Shown piece by piece: positions 39,427 through 50,000 of a stretch of 64,000 bases of DNA; within the stretch, counting starts at the first letter, position 1; each line of letters begins with the position of its first letter. Both the position numbers and the translations under genes were made by a program. The stretch is from IMG/VR virus record IMGVR_UViG_3300027733_000032; one strand, given 5' to 3'. Below the pieces are notes generated by a model. The model was not told where the DNA came from. It saw nothing but the letters and a program-made list of their open reading frames with translations, and did not search any database. The stretch is from a virus.

Positions 39427-41456
39427 TTATTTACGATTTGCAGAAACCGAGTAAATGTTGCCCAAATTCCGTGGTTACTGTTCGTCGTCATATCGTCGAA
39501 ACGAACCGCCAGCCACAGGGCGGAAGCATTCTTTTTTCTCAAAAGGCCGTAAATCCAGAAATAGTCACATACAAAGCACTTTCTCAGTCCCACGGAACTA
39601 GATTTAAGTACGAAGTTAAAAGAGTAGGGCTGGTTGGCTCTAGTGGGAAATTGGGACAAACACTACAGGCTGCTGGTTCCTATGTCCTTCCTGGAGATTC
39701 GTCTCCATTGCGTAGCCCGGTTAGGTCCGGTCTATTCACGGCAATAACTCCCGGAGTACCTAACTTCAGTAGGCCACGCGGCCCCAAGAGGGACAGAACA
39801 GCAAGATGCCCTGAAGGATATCAATACGGTGGTCGTTTTACTAATAACGAACTATCCACATGTGGAGCCCAACTATTTGACATTCCAGGACCACTGGGGG
39901 TCGTTATTGGCGTAATTGCCCGAGCACTTCGTCGTGGCGAACGAGCCGTAGCCGATGCCATGCAAGGGACCCCATTGACCCCTGGGGATTATGGTGGCAG
40001 CCTCATAGATTCACGTCGACCACAAATACCGCGCGTCGCAGACGCTAATCCAGCCTCACGGATGGCCGAAATTACCCGCCTTGCAAAAGAGATGGGCGCT
40101 CCCAAAATCAATGCTTCACGCATGGTGCGTCGTGATGGATTTGTTCTTGAACCAGTAGTAACACCAAGAGTCCTTCGCGCAATTCCAGACAACAGAGACA
40201 TGGAGGGTGCCGCATATCTTATGCGAATCAACGACCTTCCAAGCCTGGGTCAAGATGAATTAGGACTTCTTTCCAATACTGGAGTAACTAATCTAACCTA
40301 TGTTCTTCCAGGTGGCTCAACAATCACTCTCGAAAAGGTACGCTCATTAACCGTTGGCGAGCGCCGCAAACTTGGTAGAACAGTCAATTCAGCAGCAGCG
40401 ATTGATAATTCAGAAAATCCAACCGCCCGTCTCATGAAGGTAGCCCAAGAAACTGGCGATGGTATTAAGTATTCCGAAAATTTTGTAAGCGTGAATAGAC
40501 CCCATGAAATTGTTAGGGGTAGAAATGGGAAAAAGACGGAACGGTGGGTTCGTGAACTTCTTGACGGCATCCCAGTGGCAGAAACAGCGCCATCACGTGA
40601 GACTTCGTCTGTTGCCGCAATAGCCGACAAGATTAAAGACGTAGATGAGGCTGCAGCCTTTATTGAGCAGGGTGGAAGCCTGGCAAGAATTTCGCCGGAT
40701 ATTCTTCAGCAGGCCCTCACAAAAAACAATTTATTCCGCTTGCGAGATATGGGCAATGGAGTCACTCGGCTTGATGGCCCTAGAGGCAAAACTTATTCAA
40801 TTTATCAATCTCGCAATGAGTTTGACCATATCAATAGCACTTATGCTTCCGATATTCAACAACATCTGGGCCTAGAGTCGCCAGATGTGTATCCGATTGG
40901 TTCGGGTAGTCGCCGTAATTATCTTATGGATTCGACACTAAATACCTACCCTGGAATAACTCCACGTCGAGACATTCCAATGAATCAAGTTAGTCCAAAA
41001 AAAATGGCATCACTATTTGTCTCTGACTATTTGAGTGCCAATAGAAACAGAAATCCGCTGTCAATAGAAGTGATGCAATTAGCGGACGAAAATGTTCCAG
41101 TAGTCAATTCCTTTGACTCAGAATTAACAGACTTGGCTAAAATAAAGATTGCAGACCGTAATAAGGGCGCAATTGAAGACATGCGCTCATTGTCTGCCAA
41201 TGGCGTTTTCGGCAAATATTATGCTGAACTTAAAAAATCACAGCAAAATCAGTACATTACTGAAATTAGGGAATTAATTGCACGGGCTCGCCTATTTAAT
41301 TTTGTAAACTTTAAAGAGAGACTTCAGCGTGATGGCGCGCTTTCCGATGCGGAACTTGCACATGTTGACATTATTAATACAATCAGCAAGCAAAGGCTGA
41401 ATATTCTCGAAAATCAACAGGAAAGACTTGTTGAAATACTCGGAGGTAACAAGTGA
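39423..41456 (+). CDS. virion-associated protein with an RCP-G-GxFT-C motif and a C-terminal degenerate HipA/PI3K-like kinase fold
   Basis: RCPEGYQYGGRFT ~39805; LGLESPDV...SDYLSANRNRNP...NSFD resembles DxLxxNxDR but the catalytic Asp residues are changed. Confidence 0.65.
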   Translation: MIIYDLQKPSKCCPNSVVTVRRHIVETNRQPQGGSILFSQKAVNPEIVTYKALSQSHGTRFKYEVKRVGLVGSSGKLGQTLQAAGSYVLPGDSSPLRSPVRSGLFTAITPGVPNFSRPRGPKRDRTARCPEGYQYGGRFTNNELSTCGAQLFDIPGPLGVVIGVIARALRRGERAVADAMQGTPLTPGDYGGSLIDSRRPQIPRVADANPASRMAEITRLAKEMGAPKINASRMVRRDGFVLEPVVTPRVLRAIPDNRDMEGAAYLMRINDLPSLGQDELGLLSNTGVTNLTYVLPGGSTITLEKVRSLTVGERRKLGRTVNSAAAIDNSENPTARLMKVAQETGDGIKYSENFVSVNRPHEIVRGRNGKKTERWVRELLDGIPVAETAPSRETSSVAAIADKIKDVDEAAAFIEQGGSLARISPDILQQALTKNNLFRLRDMGNGVTRLDGPRGKTYSIYQSRNEFDHINSTYASDIQQHLGLESPDVYPIGSGSRRNYLMDSTLNTYPGITPRRDIPMNQVSPKKMASLFVSDYLSANRNRNPLSIEVMQLADENVPVVNSFDSELTDLAKIKIADRNKGAIEDMRSLSANGVFGKYYAELKKSQQNQYITEIRELIARARLFNFVNFKERLQRDGALSDAELAHVDIINTISKQRLNILENQQERLVEILGGNK

Positions 41457-44400
41457 AAAATTACGCCATCCTTAGAGACGCGGTCGAGGAAAAAGTATTT
41501 GGCCTCGTCATTGAAAAAGATGGTGGTTTTCGTTTCTACGGAGCCGATGACAGAGCAAAAGAGTGGGCTAATTGGGCTAACTCGACATCACTCAAGTCCC
41601 TACAAGAAGCACTTCCGGTTGGCGTCATTGCCACCGACAAGCGTCCATTAGTGAATGATACTGAATTATTTATTGAATCACTTATTGAATCTGCATCAAA
41701 TGCTGGCGAAATAAAGAAGCCGACTTTTTCATACAAGAGTTCATATGTTACTAGAGCAAACTCATCAACCCCGTCAGCCCGAGATTTTCAACTGCGTTCG
41801 TTCAATATCGACGCCAGACAGAATGCCATCAACTTCAAGGTTTACGCATTTAAGAATGACCAGAAGTCATCTTCGCTAATGGCGAAAATTCGTTCGGCTG
41901 GTCTTGGCTTCAATGAAAAAACCGGTGAATTCAGAAGCAATGACATAACAATTTCTCATTCCTCGCTACAGCAGAATATCGAAACTACATACACCAAGTC
42001 GCTACAGCGCAATATTGGTTTCAATGTCATGGCAGCCAAGAATGTTTATGCTAAATCACTCAGTCCTTTCTATACGCACCCCAAAGTCATTGAACTCAAA
42101 AGACTCGGTGGTGCAATTGGTCCAAAGTTGGGTCGTGGACTACGTTCCGCTCCGATGGGAATGGTATTCGTCGACGTTACCGGAGCGATTGATGCTGACA
42201 AGGATGGCATTGTCTTTGAGGGTAAGCCTGGATTAGAACGACCAATTATTCCTAAATTCATTCTTCCAGAAGGTGTCGGTCGTCGTGTGGCTTCACTGAT
42301 TGGTGGAGCAGCAGAACAGAATGAAAAGAATCGCCGCTCGGGCGCGAATGGTGGTGGAGTAATTGACGAGGCAAAACTTCGCAGTATTCTCGGAACTGAC
42401 GCCTCATCCCTCAATAAATTAAATGCTCCTTCTCCGTTGACTGATAGCGATAACGCAAATGCCACTGGCATGCGTTCTATTGCTGGGAACATTAGAAGTC
42501 GACGTGATGCGATTATCGCTAAACGTACTGGCTCGATAGACCTGTCTAGGGTTGGGCGTGGTGAAAAGACTCAGTTGAATACCGGCGATTCGCGCGCTGT
42601 TGAAAAAATGACATGGGATGATTCGGCAAAGGAATTAATTGTCACGTTTGCTGGTGGTCGCACATATACGTACAACAACGTCGACGACAGTTGGGTTGAT
42701 GAACTAGAGAAAAATCCTGATGCACTCGGTCGCATCATGAATGACATCAAGAAGGCTGGATACGATTTCACTTCAGGTGGAACCCACGCTCCAGACAAAA
42801 CGCTTGCCAGCAGAATGCAGGGTCGCCGTGAGGCGGCAGGAATGCGCTCGGCTAGAACCGGCAACAATAACCCGCTCAAGCAATCCGAAGTAGATGAACT
42901 TTTCTTCGACAATGCTGCATGGTCAAATGATGCGCTTCAGTTCGGTATAGATACGGACTCTCGTGGGAATTATGATATTGAGGGAAATAATCCATTGTCA
43001 GATGTTTTGTATCGAGAATTCCCCGGCAGATTCAATGTAGATGAAGGTGGCAGAGTCGGAGTACCACGCCAAGACCCTGAAGTTGTTTTTGATTCCTCAA
43101 ACATGAGCGATGAAGAACTTGCTCTTTTCACTGACATTCTCGCAGAAAATGACCCTGCAGTCTTGAAAGATTTCCCTACTAGTTCAGGTACTGGCATGTC
43201 CTCTCGCAAGGGACCAGACGCGACTACTAAAAAGACGAATTTGTCCGAAACGAAGTGGAAAGGCAAGCGTCTTTCAGATGATTTGCTAAGTAGGGAAGAT
43301 TTAAGTGGAGAAGACCTTTCTGGTGCCAATCTCGAAGGTGTGAATTTAAGTAATAAAAACTTCACTGGAGCGAATTTAAGCGAAGCCAATTTATATGAAG
43401 CCAATTTGCAAGGCGCCCGCCTCGTAGATGCTGACCTTTATGCAGCCGATTTAATTAAAGCAAATCTCGAAGATGCAAATCTCGAAGGCGCACGTCTAGA
43501 GTATGCCGATTTGCGTGAAGCAAATTTATTAGATGCCAATTTGAATGGAGTAAATTTAAACGATGCTCAACTTGGTTTTGCAAATCTAGACAAGGTTGAC
43601 CTTGGGGGCGCCAAACTCAGTGGCGCTGACCTAACTGGGGCATCATTATGGAAAGCAAATCTTGAAAATGTAGACCTGAGTAATGCTTATTTAGGCAATA
43701 TTAAATATATGACAAATGCCAAACTACAGGGGGCAAATCTCAGAGATGCAGACCTCAGAGGTACGGACTTGTCCATGGCAGACATGACAGATGCAGACCT
43801 CAGGAATGTCGATTTTACTGGCGCAAACCTAGATGGTGCAATTTTTTCTGGAGCAAATCTAAATGGCACAAAACTAGATAAGGGCTGGGAACAAAGCGTT
43901 GGCATGCGCTCATCAAGGAAGCCAAGCAATAATGACTTTGACACGAATAGATTTCTTCCCTCATTGGCTGACAGAGAAAACTACGTTGCTAGTGACGAAT
44001 ACGAAGCAGACCTAGAGGATTGGCTCACTCGTTTTCCAAGAAAGACAGAAGCGGATTTCCGACGCAGCAAGACGTTCATGGAAAACGTAAGCATGTTTAA
44101 TCCAGGCCCGGATGTCTCTGAATTCTCAAGAGAAGCAGACATTTACGACGGATGGTCTCCTGAGGAAATTGATTCAGGCCTACCCGACACTCTCTGGCGA
44201 GGTATGAGTTCACGTACTAGTGGCCTCACTCCAGAAGGCAAACGCGATATTAATGACGCAACAAAGAAGTTGTCAGATTTCTCGCGCAATTCAGCGTTTG
44301 GTGACGTGTATCCAGGTGCAGAAAAATTTGACAGCAATAAGAGACTGCATCAATCCATTAGTGACATGTTCGAGGATGCAGACATGCCTTCGCAACGTGT

Positions 44401-46714
44401 TCAAGATGTTCTCAATGCCATACAGGCACTTAAAGAAGTCTTTGGTGAGGATTCCGACGTTGGAATTAGCGACCGCGTTGAGTACGCATTAGACTATATC
44501 GCCCCAACATTTGACTCACGCGTTGCATTGAGCGGTGGCGTTCGACGTAGTAGCGGTAGTGTTGCCCCCAATTCAGGCATGGGTTCACGCACTAGTGGCG
44601 CTGTACGACCCGCTGGATTTACTCAGCGTTCACGCACGGCAATGCTGGAAAGAACAGCAATCGGCTCACCAACAGGAATGCGTTCTGCCCGGAAGAGTGC
44701 GCTCTACAAGGCGCATGAGATAAGTCCAGGGCAACAGAGGGCTTCTGCTAATGATGGGCAATTATGGGAAACCCTATCGCCCGCAGATAGGCAGTTATTT
44801 GCCGAAAGGGCACGTGCGCGTGAAAGCGAACTTATCGACATGTTGTTCGACAAGTTTGATATTCCAGTCAATGGAACAGATAGACGTCTTCTTGACGAGA
44901 CGTTGCCAGCAAAAGAACGTGCAAAAATAATGAAACAAACAGGGGGAGGAAATCCGTGGGTTGTCGCAAACCAAGATGCCTATGGTCATTTCCTTCTTGC
45001 AGAAGAAGGGCTTAAGCCTTTATTTTCTGGCGAGTATGGCGTTCAGAAAAAAGCAAAAGAACTAGCCAAGGAAGCGCGTGAGCATCTTGCCAAGGGCGAA
45101 ATAAAAGAACATAAAGAAAAAGTCACAAAACTAACCACCCTTCTGCGTCTATCCGATGACCTGGAGACGCTTAGTGCAGCGCGCATACAGGGAGATGCCG
45201 ATGATTCACTCATTGACAAAAATGACTCATACGACTTCGCCATTGACCATTTACATCCAGTTTCCAAGGCAAGAATTATGGACATTGGCGCAACGACGAC
45301 GACTAAGGGCAAGAACTCTGCCCCAGTGGAGAAAATAAATCCCTATTCAAAGTCTGGCTCGAATAGGCCTTTTGAGTTCAATTTTTCTAAAGCACAAATG
45401 GCTGCAACTTCAACCGCAATCAATGTACCTGGACGTCCATTAAGCGAAAAAGACGACATTCTTCGTTCTGCTGGAGTTCCTGGAGATGACGTCAAGGTAA
45501 AGAAAGCAAGCAGAGTTGGTGGATTACTTGATTTCTTACGTACAAAAACACAAGACCTAAGTAAGGCTGACGAAAAAGCCAAAGAACGCCGAATCAAAAA
45601 GATGCGCCAACAAGGCATAAACATTGGTTCAGTACAGGTTGGCGAGCGAAAGACTGACAGGCCGTCACTCCTTGACAAGCGAGCAATGAAGATAAGCCGT
45701 ATTGCTCGAAAGAAACTACTCAATGCGAAGGCTCGCAAGATGGACGCTCTTGATAAGAGTGCGGCAGGCAACAACGACTCCGTGCCATTAATTGCTTCTG
45801 CTGAGTCTGGTGCAAGAATGCTGACACCAGGTGGCATCCTTGCTCTTTCTAAAGACCTCAAAGTAGGCGAAAGAGAATGGAAAAAGGCCTACAACAGTAA
45901 GGGGCGAAATGACAGCGGACACTCCCTCGCATTTGCATGGGAAGCGGCGGGCATGAATGGAACTCCAAACCCAATTAATGAAGAAGAATATAGCGCACTC
46001 CTTGCTGCCGGTTGGATGCCAATCAAACGTGGAACTGGTGCTCGTGGTTATGCAATTTCGTACATGGACCATCCAAAGCGATTTCTCCCACCCGCTGGCG
46101 AAGCATATGGTCCTGGTGAATACTGGTCAACTGGTCCAAGTACTGCTTGGATTGGAGGGTACTATCCAGACCCAGGCGAACTTGGTGACGGACCAGGAGG
46201 AATTGCTGGCCTACTACCCCCGACCGCCAAAATTATGAAATCTAGCGAACTTAATACCATTCGTGAACAGCATCGTGCGTTTTCTTCACCCATTCTTGGA
46301 AACTTCTCTGGTTATCCAGAGGGAGAATTAGAAAAAACCCCACAACAAGATTTTGTTGACCAATTAGTTAGTGACGTTTTTGGAAAAATTCCACGAGATT
46401 CAGAAGTTTGGGATTCGGCCATTGGAGGAATGACATTGCAGTTAATTAGTGCACTTGAATCGAATCCATCGCCAGAAGAATATAAGAAATTGCGAAATGC
46501 GCTATTCCGCCTAACCACCCTGGTTAATCAACACGAAAACGTTTATGGTCCAATATTTGGTGCTGACGCCCTAGATGTTGGAGGTGATGTAATGTTGCTC
46601 ATGAACCGTGCAGCGGTTTCGGTATTTGCTGACCCACTTCCAGTTGATGAGATTCTTTCACTCTCTCAAGGACGAGGTCTTTCGCCGGGATACGTAGTAC
46701 CAGGACGTAAGTAA
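41453..46714 (+). CDS. giant polyvalent protein 3 (targeting module, KTSC, pentapeptide repeats, C-terminal ART-like domain; 7 GMxS)
   Basis: DADKDGIVFEG ~42190; KTSC 42600-42750; pentapeptide 43300-43880; KRG...GEAYGPGEYW ~46020-46130. Confidence 0.85.
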   Translation: MKNYAILRDAVEEKVFGLVIEKDGGFRFYGADDRAKEWANWANSTSLKSLQEALPVGVIATDKRPLVNDTELFIESLIESASNAGEIKKPTFSYKSSYVTRANSSTPSARDFQLRSFNIDARQNAINFKVYAFKNDQKSSSLMAKIRSAGLGFNEKTGEFRSNDITISHSSLQQNIETTYTKSLQRNIGFNVMAAKNVYAKSLSPFYTHPKVIELKRLGGAIGPKLGRGLRSAPMGMVFVDVTGAIDADKDGIVFEGKPGLERPIIPKFILPEGVGRRVASLIGGAAEQNEKNRRSGANGGGVIDEAKLRSILGTDASSLNKLNAPSPLTDSDNANATGMRSIAGNIRSRRDAIIAKRTGSIDLSRVGRGEKTQLNTGDSRAVEKMTWDDSAKELIVTFAGGRTYTYNNVDDSWVDELEKNPDALGRIMNDIKKAGYDFTSGGTHAPDKTLASRMQGRREAAGMRSARTGNNNPLKQSEVDELFFDNAAWSNDALQFGIDTDSRGNYDIEGNNPLSDVLYREFPGRFNVDEGGRVGVPRQDPEVVFDSSNMSDEELALFTDILAENDPAVLKDFPTSSGTGMSSRKGPDATTKKTNLSETKWKGKRLSDDLLSREDLSGEDLSGANLEGVNLSNKNFTGANLSEANLYEANLQGARLVDADLYAADLIKANLEDANLEGARLEYADLREANLLDANLNGVNLNDAQLGFANLDKVDLGGAKLSGADLTGASLWKANLENVDLSNAYLGNIKYMTNAKLQGANLRDADLRGTDLSMADMTDADLRNVDFTGANLDGAIFSGANLNGTKLDKGWEQSVGMRSSRKPSNNDFDTNRFLPSLADRENYVASDEYEADLEDWLTRFPRKTEADFRRSKTFMENVSMFNPGPDVSEFSREADIYDGWSPEEIDSGLPDTLWRGMSSRTSGLTPEGKRDINDATKKLSDFSRNSAFGDVYPGAEKFDSNKRLHQSISDMFEDADMPSQRVQDVLNAIQALKEVFGEDSDVGISDRVEYALDYIAPTFDSRVALSGGVRRSSGSVAPNSGMGSRTSGAVRPAGFTQRSRTAMLERTAIGSPTGMRSARKSALYKAHEISPGQQRASANDGQLWETLSPADRQLFAERARARESELIDMLFDKFDIPVNGTDRRLLDETLPAKERAKIMKQTGGGNPWVVANQDAYGHFLLAEEGLKPLFSGEYGVQKKAKELAKEAREHLAKGEIKEHKEKVTKLTTLLRLSDDLETLSAARIQGDADDSLIDKNDSYDFAIDHLHPVSKARIMDIGATTTTKGKNSAPVEKINPYSKSGSNRPFEFNFSKAQMAATSTAINVPGRPLSEKDDILRSAGVPGDDVKVKKASRVGGLLDFLRTKTQDLSKADEKAKERRIKKMRQQGINIGSVQVGERKTDRPSLLDKRAMKISRIARKKLLNAKARKMDALDKSAAGNNDSVPLIASAESGARMLTPGGILALSKDLKVGEREWKKAYNSKGRNDSGHSLAFAWEAAGMNGTPNPINEEEYSALLAAGWMPIKRGTGARGYAISYMDHPKRFLPPAGEAYGPGEYWSTGPSTAWIGGYYPDPGELGDGPGGIAGLLPPTAKIMKSSELNTIREQHRAFSSPILGNFSGYPEGELEKTPQQDFVDQLVSDVFGKIPRDSEVWDSAIGGMTLQLISALESNPSPEEYKKLRNALFRLTTLVNQHENVYGPIFGADALDVGGDVMLLMNRAAVSVFADPLPVDEILSLSQGRGLSPGYVVPGRK

Positions 46715-46733
46715 CTAGGACAAGGAAAATAAA

Positions 46734-47072
46734 ATGGCACAAAAAGTAGACCCACGAGAAGAATTTCATCTAGCACATAACCTCATAGGTTTGCTTATGA
46801 CATTCCCTCCATTTTCAATTGACCAAGATATGAGAAAGCAGTTTCAGAATGAATCAGTTCTAGCAATTGAAAGTCTTGTTCAATCTAGTGCTAGTGATTC
46901 CGAATGGAATTCAGTACATGACACGCTAATGGAAAAGTACGCTACCGAACTAGAGGAAGCGTCATTATGGAATGCTAGAAGTAGCGGAGACACGGAAGAG
47001 GCGAAAAAGTTGGCGTTGGCCTTGGAGGGTAAGACCCCAGAAGAAATCAAAACTTATTTGTTCTTGTCCTGA
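46734..47072 (+). CDS. small acidic helical protein after giant 3 (candidate immunity/chaperone)
   Basis: 112-aa ORF with AAGGA upstream. Confidence 0.65.
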   Translation: MAQKVDPREEFHLAHNLIGLLMTFPPFSIDQDMRKQFQNESVLAIESLVQSSASDSEWNSVHDTLMEKYATELEEASLWNARSSGDTEEAKKLALALEGKTPEEIKTYLFLS

Positions 47073-47098
47073 ATATCACTGCTTTAGGTGGATTGAAA

Positions 47099-50000
47099 AT
47101 GGCTGCTCTATCATCGAAAACTATGTCCAAGATGAGGGCATTGCGTCAAGCACAAAAACTTGGTTGCTCTGGTGCTCATCAAATGGACGACGGAGCATGG
47201 CATCCATGTAGTAATCATGACGACTACGTCAGTGCAAAAAAGCGCATTCAGTCATCGTCCGTAATAGGGACTCCCCCACAACGAGATGCTCGTGGTTCTA
47301 ATAAGATTAAAAAACAGTGGGAAACTCTAGGACAACGACCAATATCTGCAATTGACAATATCCAGGGTGGTGGCATTGTCGCCGGAGCGCCGTCTGCGCT
47401 TATTGGTGGAGGAATGGGCACAAAGTCCCTCGGGTGGGCGCCCAACGATAATGACCCAGATGTATTTAGCGATGTAGAAGTGGCGCGTAATAGGTCTCGT
47501 CAATTGGGATGTATCGGTGTTAGTCGAAGAATTTCTCGTGGTGGCAAGACTGTCTGGATGCCATGTACCAACATGAGCGACTATGCCCGCCTTGCCGGAA
47601 CCACATCCCTTGGGCGTCGCCATATGCGCCAAGCAGCAGAACGAACAATCACTGAGGCTTTCAAGAAGTTAAAACCAAAGCCCAAACGCGAGCGAAGTAA
47701 ATCGCTATTTTCTGAACTCCACCTAGAAACACACAAGAAAGTTCTAGCAGCGCAAGTTAATGGCGCACAGGTTGCTGAGATGGAATTTAAAGGACTTGGG
47801 CCAAAATTAGGAAGAGGCCTACGGTCCGCCCCTCCCGGTATGGTGTTTATCGACGTCACAGGAGCAATTGACGCCGACAAAGACGGAATTGTTTTTGAAG
47901 GGAAGCCGCTCGAAAGACCTATTATTCCAAGATTCACTATTCCTGAAAGTCTTGCAGGGCGTGTTTCTAAACTTATGGAAGGAACCGCTGAGCAAAACGA
48001 AAAGAATAGGCGTCTCAGCAGTGACCCTATGGCTGGCGCGATTACTGAACGTGATGTTCAAAATTTAGTTAGCAATCTTGGAGTTGGCTCATCTGGATTA
48101 TCTAGTAGTCGACGAACAAGAGAGTGGGCAGAAAATACCGTACTTACTCCAGGAGTTCTTCCTCCAGTTGATGCTGGAGTTTCAATACCCAAGAAGTTTG
48201 TCAGAGCGGCTAAAGGTACAGTCAGGGCAAGAACTTGGCCAATGCGTAACGTTTCTGGAAAATATGAGAATAACAGTAACGAGCAACTGAAGTGGCTGGT
48301 TGATGACAACGTCATATCTAGCCCTGGCACGCTTCGTACTGCTCTAGAAAAAAGCCCCTACTTGGTTGGGTCACCAAAAAATCTTTCACGACGCATTGAG
48401 GACGCAGAAATTGATTACGATGCTGGTCAACAACTTGCTCGGTCATTAAAAGACCAAATCGACACAAATCCTGCGGTAGCGAATTTTATTCGGAGATATG
48501 GTCTTCCGGTCATGGTTGTGACAAACCATCAACCCAACACTGAAACTGCAAACTTTGGTCCGACCTCATGGATGTCAACAATGGCTGGGTGGGCGCCTCA
48601 GGGCTTCATAGGTTTTAATGCGGCAACCTTCCCAAGTTCTTCATTCTATGCAAACGGCGGACATCGTGACACTGACAATGTCATGAACATGCGACACGAA
48701 TTGGCCCATGCATGGGAAACAATGGCCGCCAAAACAAACGATAAAGCAAAAGAACATTACATTGCACAATTTGCTGAAATGTTTCAAGGTCTGCAAGAAA
48801 TTGAAGACAGAGGAGAAGCAACATTCAGAACTTCTTATCACGAGGCCGCATGGGGAACTGATGACGAGCATGAATCGGCATTAAGAATAAGCAACTATGC
48901 GGAAACTGCTCGCATTGAATGGTTTGCCGAAGCATTCGCCCATGCGACTGATGGCGATGCAAACAATCGCAACAGAGTGGACAATCTCTCAAAGCAAAAT
49001 ATGGCAGCGGTTCTTGGTTTAGATATGTGGGAATTGGAATCAATGCTCGGTGGGAATGGCTTCTCTTCTTTTGATGACGACCCATTCTCTGGGGGTATGG
49101 CTTCATCGCAAAGATTTGGAAATTCGATTTTCCCATCATCAGATAATTTAGACTCGAAAGAATATGTTGATTGGCTAAATCAAAATCCTGGATATATTGA
49201 CGATGCTCCATTAGAGATGCTGTTGCGAACAGGCTCTGAATCACTTAACGAAAATCGTCGCATGGGCATGCGCTCGTCCACGGGCCTACTAGGCAAAGAC
49301 GAACAACGCGCACGAGCAATAATTTTCGACAGGGTAGATAAAAGCAAACTTGGCAAACAGCAACCCACATATCATCACGTTGGGGGCATCCCTGGTTCGG
49401 GTAAATCTACACTAGTCACTACTGGGGTTCTTGGTGTACCAAATAGTAACAACGCTTTTCATATTGACCCAGATGAGATAAAAACACACATGGACGGGTG
49501 GGGTGGTGGGCGTGGCGCTCAAGCCTTGCACCCACGCTCACGACGCTTGACCGACCTATTTATGGCCGAAGCGGCAGAATCGCATGGAGATGTTGTCGTT
49601 CAAGGAATAGGCAAACGAACAGAACATCTTGCAATGATGCGTGATGCTGGATACAGAACTGTTGGCCATTTTGTCTACGTCCCATCCAAGGAAGCGGATG
49701 CAAATATTAGCAAGCGTGCGGAGAATGGCGGAGCAATTCTTGGTAATGGATATGGTAGTCACATATCGGATGAGTTGCGTTCACGAGGAACTATTTCCAG
49801 ACAAATAACGTCTGGTCTTTATGACGAATTTTATCTTTGGGATAATACTGGGCGCACTCCGAAAATTGCTGCAGAACGCCGCCAGGATGGGACATTCATT
49901 ATTCATGACCAAAAAGTTTGGGATAAGTTTTTTGGGGACAAGAAGTATGGCGCTGGTTCATTGAGTAATGCCGAATGGGCAAAACAATACTTTGAAGAGA

